From positions 196,432-260,431 of the forward strand of contig JAKMXF010000099.1 in assembly GCA_024704765.1 (NCBI GenBank): a stretch of 64,000 nucleotides of DNA, given 5' to 3'. This document shows positions 12,959-26,282 of the stretch, in pieces; the stretch's first letter is position 1, and each line of letters begins with the position of its first letter. Under the pieces are notes generated by a model, which was not told the origin of the DNA, did no database searches, and worked only from the letters and a program-made list of their open reading frames with translations. Origin of the DNA: Oopsacas minuta (lineage: Eukaryota > Animalia > Porifera). The position numbers and the translations under genes were made by a program.

Positions 12959-15249
12959 TATGTACACCTTTATGGGATTTCCAAAAACTTTACTATATAT
13001 TGCAGCTCAGCCATTTATAAGAAATCTCATTAATTATTTGAAGCAATTTTCCTCAAATCATTTATGTATAAACAATCTTCGTATTCGTTTACGCACTTAT
13101 AACTTGTACTAATAACTATTTCACAATATCACATCTAGATATACATGCAGGATATATGTACTATACGTCGTCAGAAAACTTTCTTTTTTTACCAGTATTA
13201 TCTACGCAACATGTAATTGCTATAGGGGCGTACCCTCTTCCCCTGAAACTAATCAAAAGGTATGTTCAAACAGGGAAGGGTTGTTTTCCTTTTCTAATTG
13301 ATTTACATTCCTCCAATAATCAGTTTTGTGCTGCTATTTGCATAATTTATTCTATTAAATTGGTGTGAGGAATTTTTCTGAAATTTACATCCTAATGTAG
13401 AAATAGATATATAATTGTATTAACATTTTGGACAAATATACATCCCGCTGAATTTACTTAAATTGGAGATAGTTTAACACAGTGGGAAAGCTATCTTGGT
13501 CTAATAACTTTGGCCGAGCAGTGTATATAGTAATTTGATTACATTATATTCTCGAATACAATTATGAAAAAATCAATTTATAGAAAATTCAACAACCCGG
13601 ACCAGGGTTGCGGCTATACAAACGGGTATGTTCTTCCCTATATTACTTGAATTTCAGTATTCTATAATTCATTGGTGTTTACTATTTGGCATAAATTTAT
13701 GTTGCTACATCCAAAAATACAACGGTCATTTCTGATGGCCAGGGGCTGGATTAAGGTGTGGGCCCTGGTGCAAGTTGGTACATTGGGTCCTAGATAAGAA
13801 AATAATATATGAATATGTAGATGTATACTGGGATAGTGAAGTATGAAATAGATCCGAAGAATGACATAACCATTCGGAAACGAGCTTTCTAAATTATTCT
13901 CCCTTTGTATAGCCATCATTTCGGATGGAGTTGCATTTGAGTCTTTTGTCTTTGTTCAGTCTCAGTTTATTCACAAAAGATATCCATTGAATGGATTGTT
14001 CTGCAACCGTGACGAAAGAATCAAGATCTTTTAAATAAAAATTCGTCATTTTTCTCAAAACTTTCACCCTCTCATGAACCTCACTAGAAAGCTAAATAAT
14101 CAACAGTTCACGAATAAGCGATGATTCTACGATCCAAGTCATTCATAGGGGTATCCAATATTGGGAAATATGTTTGAATCCGAAACCTATCCTCAGCATT
14201 GAAAGTTATTCCTTTGTTTGAGGTGTCATCTGGTGTTCTTTTTGATTGTCTCATCCTCTTCTCTGAGAATCCAGTTTAAATAACCACACAATATCTGCCC
14301 TCGGGGATAGGAGTATGCAAACCTTTCATGGTTGAGTTGCTCTGTAATGAATTGGTGCAGGGATTGAAGTGGTACCACTACAGTGCAGTAATCAATGATT
14401 CCTCAATAAATGCATTTTACTTGTTTAATTTGTCCGCTTGAGTATAGTGTCCCAAACCCTGGTCATAAAACAGGTTTCGAGCTTGTTAATTGCTTTCACA
14501 AGTGATTTTTGCATCAGATTGAGTTTTCCTTCTGTAGCGAATCATCTGACAGAGTCTGCAGTGCTCTCTTCTATCCCTCGAAATTCTGCCATGCTATTAA
14601 TGGCATCAGCTCGAGTTGACCATATGAGTTACTGTGTCGTTTCGGGACCGAAGACAGTTCATGTGTCTCCACCACATCACATAGTAGTTTCCATCGCTAT
14701 GACGATGATGACAAGAAAACAAATTATTGTGCATCACTCCAAAGATGTGACAACTTCGGTAAAGAATGTGTAGCAACGGCTAAATTCAAAGAATGGCCCA
14801 TGTAAGGAATAAATACTGCTATGTCATTAATTTCAGGCTTGAGCTTGAAACACGAGAATAAATGTCAGCCATGTTGCTTGCGTTATCAAATGTATGCCCT
14901 CTGCATTCTTCAAATCCGATTCCCTAGTCGCCAGAAGAGTACAATTTATCACTCCAAAGAAGACTTAATTAATTTAATCCAGTTTAAAGTGGGTTTATTC
15001 TCCAAAAACTGATTCCTCAGTCATAGTCCTTGTTTTCAAATTCAAAAATATAATTGATTATTTGCGTTTGTATTGTAAGAGCTGCATATCCTAATCTAAT
15101 TCGCAAATGAAAAGCAAATCACCAATAATACTTTAGTGAATGTCCTCATTATCCGAATAACCTAAAGTTAGAAAATATCCGCTCAATAGAAGAAGAACTT
15201 GCTGGTAGCCGTTGAGAGCAAACATTGATATATACTTTGATATTTGGCT

Positions 15250-15495
15250 AAAATGTTTACTATATATTTATTAAAACAACGAATAATTTACATATGATAA
15301 ATCTAAAAGTATAAAAATCCGATTCAGTATATTCGATGTGTTTAGTGAAGTTTTATTGAATTCCATTTAGTTCCTTGATAAACAGGATGAATACATAGTT
15401 ATGCCACAATTTCTTAATTGCATACTGTAAATCCTTTCCTTGACAACGGACAAAGAAATAAACAACAGTAGAGATTTATTCTATATCTATATAGA
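15250..15495. repeat. Interspersed repeat copy (HINE-like), homologous to 44050-44290
   Basis: Shared TTTAGTGAAGTTT(T)ATTGAATT..TTCCTTGATAAAC..TACATAGTTATGC..CATAC(T/C)GTAAATCC(T/A)TTCCTTGACAACGGACAA. Confidence 0.75.
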
Positions 15496-15970
15496 TTAGA
15501 ATAAACCCATTTTAACCCAGAACTGTAACAATATTTTGTGAGGGCCTGCTGGCGTTCCACTGTGCATTCATGATTGCATAGTCTGTAGGGATGAGCCCAG
15601 GATCCATAGCCTTGTTTTGTCTATAAGTTGTCTCTTCGAACATTACTTAGTGATGAAGTACTGTTCGAAAAGACAATTTGCAGATAAGGTAGAATATCCG
15701 CCCAGTTGATGGCGAATATAGTAGCAAGTGTCTCTTACTATTTTTGCCATTTGACATAACCTTCCAGAATGCAGAATCATTCAGCTTTCTAGAAATAGTA
15801 TCAATCATTAGTCTTTTATCAAATATATATGTAGAACTGTAGAAGGTGTGTCAAAACTATATTTTGAATTCCCAGGATATCAGTAGTTTTATGATGTGAT
15901 ATAAATCATATAAAAGTATTTAGAAATACTTTAATAATTCAATTTTCTGAATTTTGGATGCTTGTTCACT

Positions 15971-16115
15971 AGAGGCCTAGCTAACATTCCCCTTTGGGGT
16001 CACCATTGGGGTTGTTAGCAACCCTAACAACAAAGAGATTGTATGTATCCCCAGTAATCCAGGGGTTGCAACTGAGGTTGCTAACAGTTACCAGCAACCC
16101 CTAGCTACGCTTATG
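15971..16115. mobile_element. Short hAT-like MITE
   Basis: Ends AGAGGCCTAGCT and TAGCTACGCT, with internal GCAACCC repeats. Confidence 0.4.
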
Positions 16116-17009
16116 TTGTTCACACAGCCATTACCTGTTTTGCTACTTATCTATCGTTCGCAATTGAAATATATTCCGTCACGGTTGCGGCAAATTTAAG
16201 GTCCGCATTGAATAAAGTGTTTAATTAGTTCACTATCCAAATTACATAAAACTAGATCACTAGTTGGAGTTCATATATCTAAAAGTGGAGACTTATGACC
16301 TGGTAGTTCATCCGTCATAATTTCGCTCGGGCTTTAAGTCCCCTTGATCACATTTTGCACTTCTTCAGGATCCTGTTGCTCAACTTCTTGCGAACTTGTA
16401 TGTTCACTAACAGATGCCCGGAGAAACTACTTATTTTTGGGAGTTCGCAACACGAGCCTGAAGATTAATTCCTTTTTCTCTTTTCACCACCGCTCGCATT
16501 TTTCTTCACTATTAGCAAGACAAATACATAAAAGTGAATTGTTTGACTAAAACAACCATTAATTATTTTCTACTTATATGGTCTTTTTTAAATACTACAT
16601 TCAAATGGCTGCTTAATCTATAATATAACCAACCCAAATTATTTTTTATAAAAAGCTGTTATATAACATACGGATATAAACTAAACTAATCAATCCATTA
16701 TCCGTACAACTTTGAATCTTCCAGTAATAAATGTCCCTATACGAAAATTCCATTATTTGCGGGTCTGGTGCACTTCATTGTTAGTGCAATTCCTATAATT
16801 ATATGGAGGTCATGGTCTACTTAATAGACGGCCCTCACAGTAGTGGGCTATTATTGCGAATTAGGGTTTTACACGTTCAATTTAAGATATAGCTTATAGA
16901 GCACATTATTGTTGTATTGTAAAGTCGACTGTTGCGGTTCGTTGTTGATTTCAATTTTGTTGTATCACATCAAGTTATCAATATATGACGTAATCTTAAT
17001 TACCGTATA

Positions 17010-18342
17010 CAGGGTGTCTCAAAAGTTTTTTCCTCTTATGAATACCACGATAATATAGAATTTCTTAGATAGATTCATCTAATTATTTGCCTATATATTC
17101 GCCATTAAGTTTTATACATGAATTAATTCGACTTGGCATCCCATCAACTAAATTCTCAAGTATCGACGGGCTAATCCCATTCCATATATTTTTCAAATAT
17201 TTTCCGAGCTGCGTTAAATTTGTAGTGGGCTTTCTCTTGTCTAGCTCTACTTGCATAATAGACCAAAGATTTTCGATGGGATTTAAATCTGGGGAGTTAC
17301 TAGGCCAAACACCTTTTTCCCGAAAGTCGGGTAGATGCTCTGAAAGCCATTTCTGGGTCCTTATGGCTGTATGGGCAGGGGCGCCATCCTGCATGAAAAT
17401 TGTCTCGGACATTTTCGACACATTTTCATTGGGTTAGTGGGGCTCTAGTCTTTACGCTTAAAGGTAGGAGACAACACTTCCCCAAGATTTCATTAATATA
17501 GTTCCCAATATTCACTGAGCGCTGTGGGGGATGAAGTATAGTTCTGATAGCCTAACCGGCTCATTATTCCACAGAACATCATTTTCGGGGGATATTTGAC
17601 TGATACAACTGGGGTAATGTTGTGTGGATTAATGTCCCAAACACGGCTATTCTGCCTATTAGTCGGATGGAAAAGCTCAATTGGGCTTTCATCACTAAAA
17701 AGAACTCTTTCCCAATCACGACCAGTCCATGTTTGGGTTCCTGACAGAATTCTAGCCTCTTTACCTTTTGTTTTTCAGTTAATTTCGGGTATGAGGGTCT
17801 TTTATAGGCTTTCGCTCCGATTGTGTCGCGTAAATAACGGTGAATTGTGCCTTTACTAACGGTCACCGACTTAGACGAGATATATTTCGCAAGATTTTGG
17901 GTTGAATTGTAGCGTTTCCCGATTGATTTCGAATTAAAATTTTCGGAATCCGGTAAAGCTTCGTCAGACATCCAGACCGGGGCTTGTCATCAAGCAAGTA
18001 TCCAGCTCTATGCCATTTACACCAGTTCCGAATTGTCCGAATTGTGACTCCAAGAGTATTGGCGACTGTTTTCTGTGTTGAATCCGCTTCAATCTTGTCA
18101 ATCGCTCGCTCACGAACAGCAAATCTCGGTTTCATGACCTCCATGTATGAAATTTGTGAGGGTTGTGAAAAAATATCGAAAATATAAACAGATTATCAAA
18201 TAAGGAAATGAAGTATTCATTATAGTATTGGACTCTATAGACTAATAATAATCTGAAAAATGGTCGGTTAGTAAACAATACTGTTCGATTTATAACGACT
18301 TCAATCTAAGTACTGAGGAGGAAAAACTTTTAAGACACCCTG
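17010..18342 (-). mobile_element. Tc1-like DD37E transposon, full length, degenerate
   Basis: TIRs CAGGGTGTCT(C/T)AAAAGTTTTT; MQDGAPAH followed by 37 residues to SPDLNPIE in ORF 17083-17421; HTH in ORF 17863-18144. Confidence 0.95.
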
Positions 18343-18555
18343 ATAGTAATACAGAAATCTAGATATTCTCTAACTTAGTTTGTATTAGAAGAACATTGAA
18401 TATATGAATATATTATGGTAACTAAAGAATAACTAATATACTAATATCTTATTGATGAATTAATGTTAAATACAAGAAGAGTTCATCTATAGAATGAAAA
18501 AGAGAATCTTCATTGTGAATATTATTTGTCACGGTTTCTGCTTGCCTGTTTTTAA

Positions 18556-20288
18556 ACTATTCTTTTTTTGATGCCTACTTCACCACAGGTTGAACAAAAG
18601 ATGATCTTTCTGCATCCCTATAAACATTTGGTACTAACGGTAAAGCGATCCTAAAACACGGTTTTAAATATGAAAAAATGTTCTTGCCATGTTACCAGCG
18701 CTTGTGTTCACACTTCCTCCTGGTTGGTCGAATAATAAGTTCGTAAGCCCATGGATACGCTTGTATACTAAACCTCGATAATCTCGCATCATTTGATCCT
18801 CAGTCCACTCGGACTTTTCTGCTGCAACTTGTTAGATGAGGTTCAAGAACCAATCTAAAATCCTTACATAAGAATGTAAAGGTGCTGCAGGAAATACATC
18901 AATGCCACTTAGGTTCATGCGTAATCCGACACCATTGCTTTGTATTGTAGCTCATCAGCTCTTTTGTATCAGAGGTTAAATGACGGATTGTCTCTTTGAT
19001 ATCATCTATCAAACAATCCAAAGGAAACCCCAAACAACTTTTGTAATACTATTGATATCACTTCGAGTTGCTTTGCAGGCAATACATGGCGTCCCTCCTT
19101 TACTTGTCATTGTTGCTAAGGTTTTGCCGCCTAACATTGAAGCTTAGACTTCTTCTTTAACATGTGATCAAAACCATTCTCATTAATTGAAACGATTTCA
19201 TGGTTTAGTAACTTGCTCAATTCTATAACAGTGTCAATAGTCACCTTTTGGCAAATATGTGCTGCTGGTTGGTTAGAAAATGACGAGTTGGGATGCCTAT
19301 TTTCCCACAGAACATTCACGAATCGATCAATTACCTGAAGGGGTGAAACCATGAAGACAATATAATTTGATCGGTCTATATTCAAGTCTGATCATAACCC
19401 AGGAGAGGAATGAGATCCAGAACCATCCAGCCCATGCTTGATTTTGAGTGTTAATGGATAGAAATGTGGTACAGGAAATTTAGCACACATTCTTTTAACA
19501 ACCGGTTAAAGAGAGAAATTACGTGATGAGTAAGATATATGGACCCTATAGGATTGGAAACATTTGGATACCAGTTAAATGTTGGAACAATTGACTTTCT
19601 AATTTCACAAATTTTTTCCCAAGTTGACATAAAAGGCCTTCTGATTGGAAATAATATTTAAGATCTCTCCATTTTCCTTTCCCGAGCTTAAGTTGATATG
19701 CTATGAATGTAGATTTTCCTGGTGAAACTACGTTACTGAGGGATGCTATCGATTCTTTGTTATAGATTTTTCAAGCGATATTTGCGATGCCTTAAAACCA
19801 ATTTGCTCTACAGCTGCAATATGCAAGAGGAGAGCAACGTAGCGAATAACTGAAATATTTTCAAGTTGTGCTAACTGACGGAAGGAAGTAAGTATCCCAG
19901 TCTGATCAAGCCTGATCTTTTTAGAACTAACTTGAATGTCTTCAATTGACTTTCTCCTCTCGACATTTGTAACCAATATAACACCGCTTGCTACATCACT
20001 ATCTGAAACATAAAGAAATGATCGGGTGCTCTTAAGTTTAACAGGGTCCATGGAATACTTGCACTCCACCACTCACCATCTAAGCTCAATAGATTTCTTA
20101 GTCTTTCTGACATTAAATGATATTTGAGACATTAGAGAGTATACAAAATATCTCTTGTCTTCCTCGAGATTTAGTAAATGCACCACTTCATTTGGTTTTT
20201 GATCGAGATCATAGCCGTGAGCCTTCAGTATGGTGCCCAAGTAAAGACGTGTTTTCGGGTTTTCAGATAATATTGTTGCTTCAGCCAT
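18556..20288 (-). pseudogene. RAG1-like (RAG1L/Transib-clade) transposase relic A
   Basis: MAEATILSENPKTRLYLGTILK N-terminus; RRKSIED..KKIRL NBD-like helix; KHGLDGSGSH (19416-19433); PNSSFSNQP; MLGGK (catalytic D changed to G); PCIAC; PAAPLHSY; AGNMAR; CSTCGEVG-H-QKKN-S tail at 18556-18596. Confidence 0.85.
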
Positions 20289-21254
20289 CTTTAAATCGAT
20301 AAGTGAGGTTTTATAGGCTATCAAGTTAATGAACTTGTATGCTACCCCGTGATATGCAGCATGTATAAATAATTATTGCGTTGTATTGGTGTAAAATTAC
20401 CATATAATTACATTACATTGTATAATGGCAACATAGAAATGAGAATGGAATTTGACAAAATTTAATATGTTGCGCAATGAAGCGGCATTTGTACTTTGGA
20501 TATATTGTTTATATTACTCGACAAGAATATACACTAAAAATTCAGAGTGGAAACTAGTGGAAACAAATTTGCTGCCACCAATATTGCCTATGACCGAGAG
20601 AAATTTCTACAAAAATTTTTACAGTATTGTATCCGTAATATCTGATTAACCTTTTCCTTCCTGAAGAAAATGAATGATATATTCAAATTCAGCGCACTTA
20701 CTTTGTTTGGGAAGCATGAAGATGAACAATAGTATGCATCATAAATTCATCAGATTACTGTAATAGCTTCTGTCATTTATATAATGGATGTATTAACATA
20801 AATACAGCAATGAGGTCCTACATTTAATTGACCACAAAAATAGGAATACTTAACTATTTCATCTGATACTTTACATATTGCTCATTGAATATATCTCGAA
20901 TCTAATTCATAATTCGAAATGGTATAAATAGGAAGTATGAATTTAGGCCTAATAAACCCTAGTAGCCTACTGTGGGCCCTATTAAGTCACCAAGAAGGCT
21001 TGAAAAATACAAGGCCGACTATAAATGTGTATTTGCCCTCGGAAATCTTAAATATCAAAACTCAATGATATATTCGCTTATCCAAATTGATGAAAGAACT
21101 GGTAAGAGTTACAGGCTCTAAATTTGGTATAGGGTACGGGAATGAAATTTCTAGAAACAGGTTAAAATATCTAATGAAATATTCACCTTCCATCTTTTGT
21201 CAATTATATACCATCCACTGCACAGTGGTTTAGAAGCAAAGAATAGATAAATAA

Positions 21255-23544
21255 CACAACTCAACAAGATTTCTCATCAGAGATCACATACATTTATCTT
21301 AGCATACTTTTGAATGCTGAACTCGAATCTGCAATCAGAATTTCTCTAGCACGTCTAGTTATTCTGAAATCCAATATCCATTTTTCAATTGTATAGTATT
21401 ACCTAGTTACTAAATTGCTATATGAGCATGCCCATTTTGATTCAATTATCTGGAATATAAATGACTTTACTTATTTGAATTCAAGCAAATCAAATTATAA
21501 ACATGCATCGTAATTGTAGAACTCATCCCGACAATTTCTGTTACGTTTGTGGTCTTTTTTGCGTAAAATCACAAAGACGACCAATCACAAATCAGTTAAA
21601 GAACATAAACAAATTGTACTTCGAATGTCCACTTGGTGACCAAGACAAGTCGTGGGCACCACATGTTATATGCACTTCTTGTTCAAGTGGACTACGTGAT
21701 TGGTTGAACAAAAGGAAAGTTTCAATGCTATTTGCAATACACATGGTCTGGAGGGAACAGAAAAATCACCTTGATGATTGTTACTTTTGCCTTATCGACA
21801 TTACAGGATTCTCAGCCAAGAATAAGCACGCTCTTATTTACCCAGACTTGGATTCTGCTCGCCGGCCAATTCCACACGACATGTCATTACCAATCCCAAT
21901 TCCCAAGCCACAGCAAATTAAAATCGGGTCTGATATGGTGGAAGATGTTCATGCAGATTCTACAGATGCTAATTATGTCCCGGAAGATGAATTACTAGAG
22001 CCACAAACATTTACACAGGGAGAATTGAATGACCTGGTCAGGGATCTAGACTTATCTAAAGACAAAGCTGAACTCCTTGCATCCAGACTCAAACAGAAAA
22101 ACCTACTCGGCAAAGATTTCCTAGTATCCCACTATCGCAAGCGAAATTTCGATCTCGCTCAATACTACACCACTGATTGTCCACTGTGCTATTGTTATGA
22201 TATCTAAGGACTCTATGCAAACCTATTACAAGAACATTCTTCCTCTGATTGGCGCCTTTTCATCGACTCGTCATAACGCAGTTTGAAAGCTGTTCTGTTG
22301 CATAACGGAAATCTAAATCCTGGCATTCCAATTGCTCACTCCGTCTATCTCAAAGAAACCTTCGTCAATTTGCAGGAAGTTTTGGAGGCAATACAGTATA
22401 GAACACATATATAGAATATCTGCGGTGATCTTAAGATAATCGGGCTATTGATGGGCTTGCAACAAGGTTTTACAAAGTATTGTTGTTTCCTATGTCTATG
22501 GGACAGCCGAGCAACTGGTGAACATTATAAAAAATGTGATTGGCCGAAGAGAACCTATGAAGTGGGGAAAACCAATTTACAGCATTCGCCATTGGTAGAT
22601 CGAACAAAGTTTTCTTACCCCCACTTCATATTAAACTTGGATTAATGAAAACATTCGTTAAAACAATGAACAAAACAAATTCCGCAGGATTTCTGCATTT
22701 GGTAGGCAAATTTCCGAAACTAAGCGAGGCAAAGTTAAAAGAGGGAGTATTTGTAGGACCACAAATCAGACAAGTATTCAGAGATCCAGATTTCGAGAAG
22801 ACATTATCCGAATTAGAAATGAGTGCTTGGAATTCTTTCAAATGGGTTTGTGAAAACCTTTTGGGCAACAAGAAGTCGTCCAACTACAGAGAAGGAATGG
22901 AAACCTTGCTTAACGTATACGAGAAGATGGGCTGTCGCATGTCGCTAAAACTTCACTTCTTGCACTCTCACCTTGATTTTTCCCTGAGAACCTTGGTGCT
23001 GTAAGTGATGAACAGGGTGAGAGATTCCACCAAGACATACAGGAGAAGGAAACCCGATACCAAGGTTTCTGGAATGAGGGCATGAAGTCCGATTACTGTT
23101 GGAAGCTCTTCAGAGATAATCCCTACAAGACATATAAAAGGAAGTCGTACTCTCAAAACTTTCAATTTTGTTAGCTACCTTTATACTTCTAGATGGATAT
23201 GTATTTCCCTTTAGTTTGTGAGTAGTTGATACATGTATGTATGTGAATAATTATATGTAAGAGCTAGGATAATAACTGATATTATCTTGGCATTAATCTA
23301 AAACATCGAAACGTTGATTTATTTCAGATGGCTATCATGTAAGAAGACAAGAAGACAGCCACTACCATAAAATAACAGGAAAAATTTAGGAAATACATAA
23401 AAATCATTGACTTGTAGATGGAAAAAAAACTGGACGTGCTGGAAAGAATCTGAAAGCAGATTTGAATTCAGCGCAAAAAACTAGCTTAGAAAATGTCAAT
23501 CTAATACTTGATGAGAAAATGAAGTTAAATTTTGTTGACCTGTG
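21255..23544 (+). mobile_element. Chapaev3-like (CMC) transposon, full length, ORF about 21503-23170 with stops and frameshifts
   Basis: Right TIR reads CACAGGTCAACAAAA on the minus strand; degenerate left TIR CACAACTCAACAAG; TAA on both sides (3-bp TSD); motifs CRTHPDNFCYVCG, WAPHVIC, GVFVGPQIR, KLHFLHSH, SDEQGERFHQD. Confidence 0.88.
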
Positions 23545-24185
23545 TAATTGATCATATTTGATGGTTATATTTCATTTTATATTGTTTAAATGATTCTCAA
23601 TTAAATTATCTAAGCGATTGAGAGCCCAGAAGCTATATGCTTTATTCATCAAAGATGCGAAATAGTTATAGTCAAAATTGCGGCTTCATGATTTCTAAAT
23701 TTACCCACAATTTCAAATCAACCTGTAAAAGCAATTGCATAATTGAATGTTACTAATCTGGCATACTTTATACATTTCGACTATGCTAAATCTAAATATC
23801 TTATTTCCATGACTGTATCTTGTATATATTTCGTGAACATAAAATTTCTAAGATCTAGTAAAATCCGTACAGAATTTTTACAAAGAGGAATACTTAAAGT
23901 GTCAGGAAAAATAAACAACACAAAGCACCAGCGCAAAATGAATCGGATATATGTATTACGATTCCCAAAAACATAATCTAAAACCACAAGACCCGAAACA
24001 TTGCGTAACCTATAATTTTCAATGACAATCCATTACAACTTTTCGTTGCTAGGAAAATCCCATTGTAGCATACTGTGATAATGGAATGAAATAATATTGA
24101 ATTTCGTTCTTGAATTTTATTATAGTGACTTATATATATAATCTATTGAATAATACAACATATTTTTCGGAATTTCTTGAAAACA

Positions 24186-26172
24186 ATGACAGAAAGTTAA
24201 CTTTCCCAAAGTCCCGCCTCGAATTGGCAAGAATCCTGAAAGACAATAATAATTGTGTCTTGAAAACGACAAAATATTTCCAAGAACACTTTGAAATAGG
24301 CTCTGATAATACGAAACTCTTGGAAACGTTGCTGTTAAGAATTCGGGACAGATTCAAGAAGGTGAAGATATCTTTAGATTGTTAGAAGGAGATTGGTAGC
24401 ATCCTAACATTTCCATTAAACCTGAGTTAAAGAAAAATCGTAGTTCTGATTTACTAGATTCGTCTACTGATGATGGTGAGGTTCCCATTCATTCAGTGAG
24501 TCATAGGAAGCATCTTGATGATTTCTCTCTGCAACAACAACGCACTCATTGTCAAGCCTGCTAGAATGCATTAAGTCACTCTCAGTTGTTGAGAATACTA
24601 CAGAAATAAGCATTGCAACACTCTCATTACAACTATTGGCAAATGAGGAGAATAATCATCAGGTTGCTACCGTAGCCAAAGAGATTATTGTCAGTGGAGG
24701 ATTCTGTAACCTCAGTAACAAGCATGTTCCAATTGATAAAGCCTTATTCCTGCTGGATTTACTTGAAGTGGGCAGACGAAAATGCACTCAACTACGTCAA
24801 ACACTTCTACCATACAATATATATCACCCATCTTACAGCAAGTTAGCTATTCTGAGAGATGTCATGATTTCGCGATCCAGTATAACTTTATATCCTAATC
24901 CAGCTAAACCAATAGGTATATATGCGCCATATTGTCTTCAAGTTCAGAAAACCCTGGAAAGAATATTGTCAATGGTAGATCGCCCCACAAGTGAAGAATT
25001 CCCACTCACATTTAAAATCGCAGATGGCTTAGATGGTTCTGGTTGTCACACTATCTACAACCAGCAGACAACTAATACTTTCACCAAAAACTTCATTCTG
25101 TTTTGTTTCAAGCCCATCTCCATCCACACTGTAACAAACAGGATTGTTTGGCAGAATAAATCCCCTAATTCATCCTTCTCTCAGATACCTATTTTTCTCT
25201 GCGCTACGACAAAATGCGAAGAAAATATTCATTCCTTCATGAAAACTATGATTAATCCCGATACAGCGATGTTGCAAATGGGATTCCTTTAGAAAATGGT
25301 GTTGTCAATGTCGATATTATCCGCTCAATGTTTGATGAGAAGATGGCAGCCATTCTCTGGAGCTGGGGACCCAGTTGTCAGATGTGCACTTCCACACATA
25401 AAGAATTGAAGGACCGAATTTAGTTCTTGAAGGGTTTCCCATCAACAGAAATATCACAGATGCAATCGAGTTATTTTCGCACATTGATGACATTGAGTCG
25501 TTCTTTGCTCTTTCGACTAATGAACGCTTCAATTTAACTCATCAACCGATTTCAGAGATTAACATACATCCAGCATCTCCACTTCATTCATACACAGGCG
25601 TATTTAGGTAAGTAATCTAGTACTCCATTAATCATTCAGAATTTATCTTCACATAATCAAACCAATTTTAGGTGTTTCAATTTGCTGGTATATCATCTTC
25701 GCATCGAAAAGTTTACCTGGTCCCCAACTTCACTACATATCAAGGAGTCAATGAAATTCCTTCGGACATTTATTCAGGAGAAGACAGGATTAAAGGTTGA
25801 CCAGCCTAATTCTAGCAGTGGAACCACCTCAACAGGGAACGTTGTAAGAAGAGCCTTTTCTGATGAAACTAAATACCTTGAATGCATTCTATCAACTGTA
25901 GCAATAAAATATCGCCCAATCTCATCAAAGACACATACTTAGGTTTCAGCCATTCTTCAGGTTTTCAATTCAAGTCACAAGGTTAAGACTTTGGAATTGG
26001 GGATATTGTGCAAGGATACCTACCTTGTTATCTTAGATTCATTCCCTTGGGTAGCATGACTCCAATCCTGCACAAGCTCTTAGCGGAGTTAATACGTGAG
26101 TCGCATTCTGGCTATGGCATAAAGGCATTTTCCGAAGAAGGCACAGAATCCTGCAACAAATTAGTTAGAATG
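24186..26172 (+). pseudogene. RAG1-like (RAG1L/Transib-clade) transposase relic B, with a 64-nt intron at 25608-25671
   Basis: FPKSRLELARILK N-terminus; HRKHLDDFSLQQQRT NBD-like helix; KIADGLDGSGCH; PNSSFSQIP; MFDEKM; CQMC; ASPLHSY; GTTSTGNVVRR; LHKLLA; SEEGTESCNKLVR. These are colinear with the RAG1 core positions D600, D708, C727/C730, H795, H937 and E962. Confidence 0.92.
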
Positions 26173-26282
26173 TTACCTGCCTTTGTATTTTGTCCACCTG
26201 AACTCGTTGGATTGTCTTTCCAAAGCTGGTTAACTCCTCTTTGCAGATATTCTAAGGAAATTGCAATATTATTTTAGATTGA

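Larger units (their letters stand above)
13740..16836 (-). mobile_element. hAT ZMYM1/Tip100-like transposon relic with nested insertions
   Basis: Minus-strand remnants: SGGEKRK..PKISSF N-terminus (~16500), HSLNL, WSTRADA and KLETCFM (14400-14800), FPNGYVILRIY dimerisation region (~13850). End motifs CAGGGGCTGGATTAAG and TTAATAGACGGCCCTC. TSD not conserved, so the right boundary is uncertain. Confidence 0.7.

Noticed and set aside
15500-15900. Possible MULE catalytic-core relic
   Set aside because: Only a faint TD...IMNA resemblance; too degraded to support.
21221-21259. CACAGTG as a true V(D)J recombination signal sequence
   Set aside because: No ACAAAAACC-like nonamer after a 12-bp spacer (agaatagat) or a 23-bp spacer (ataacacaa). 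Kept only as a TIR candidate.
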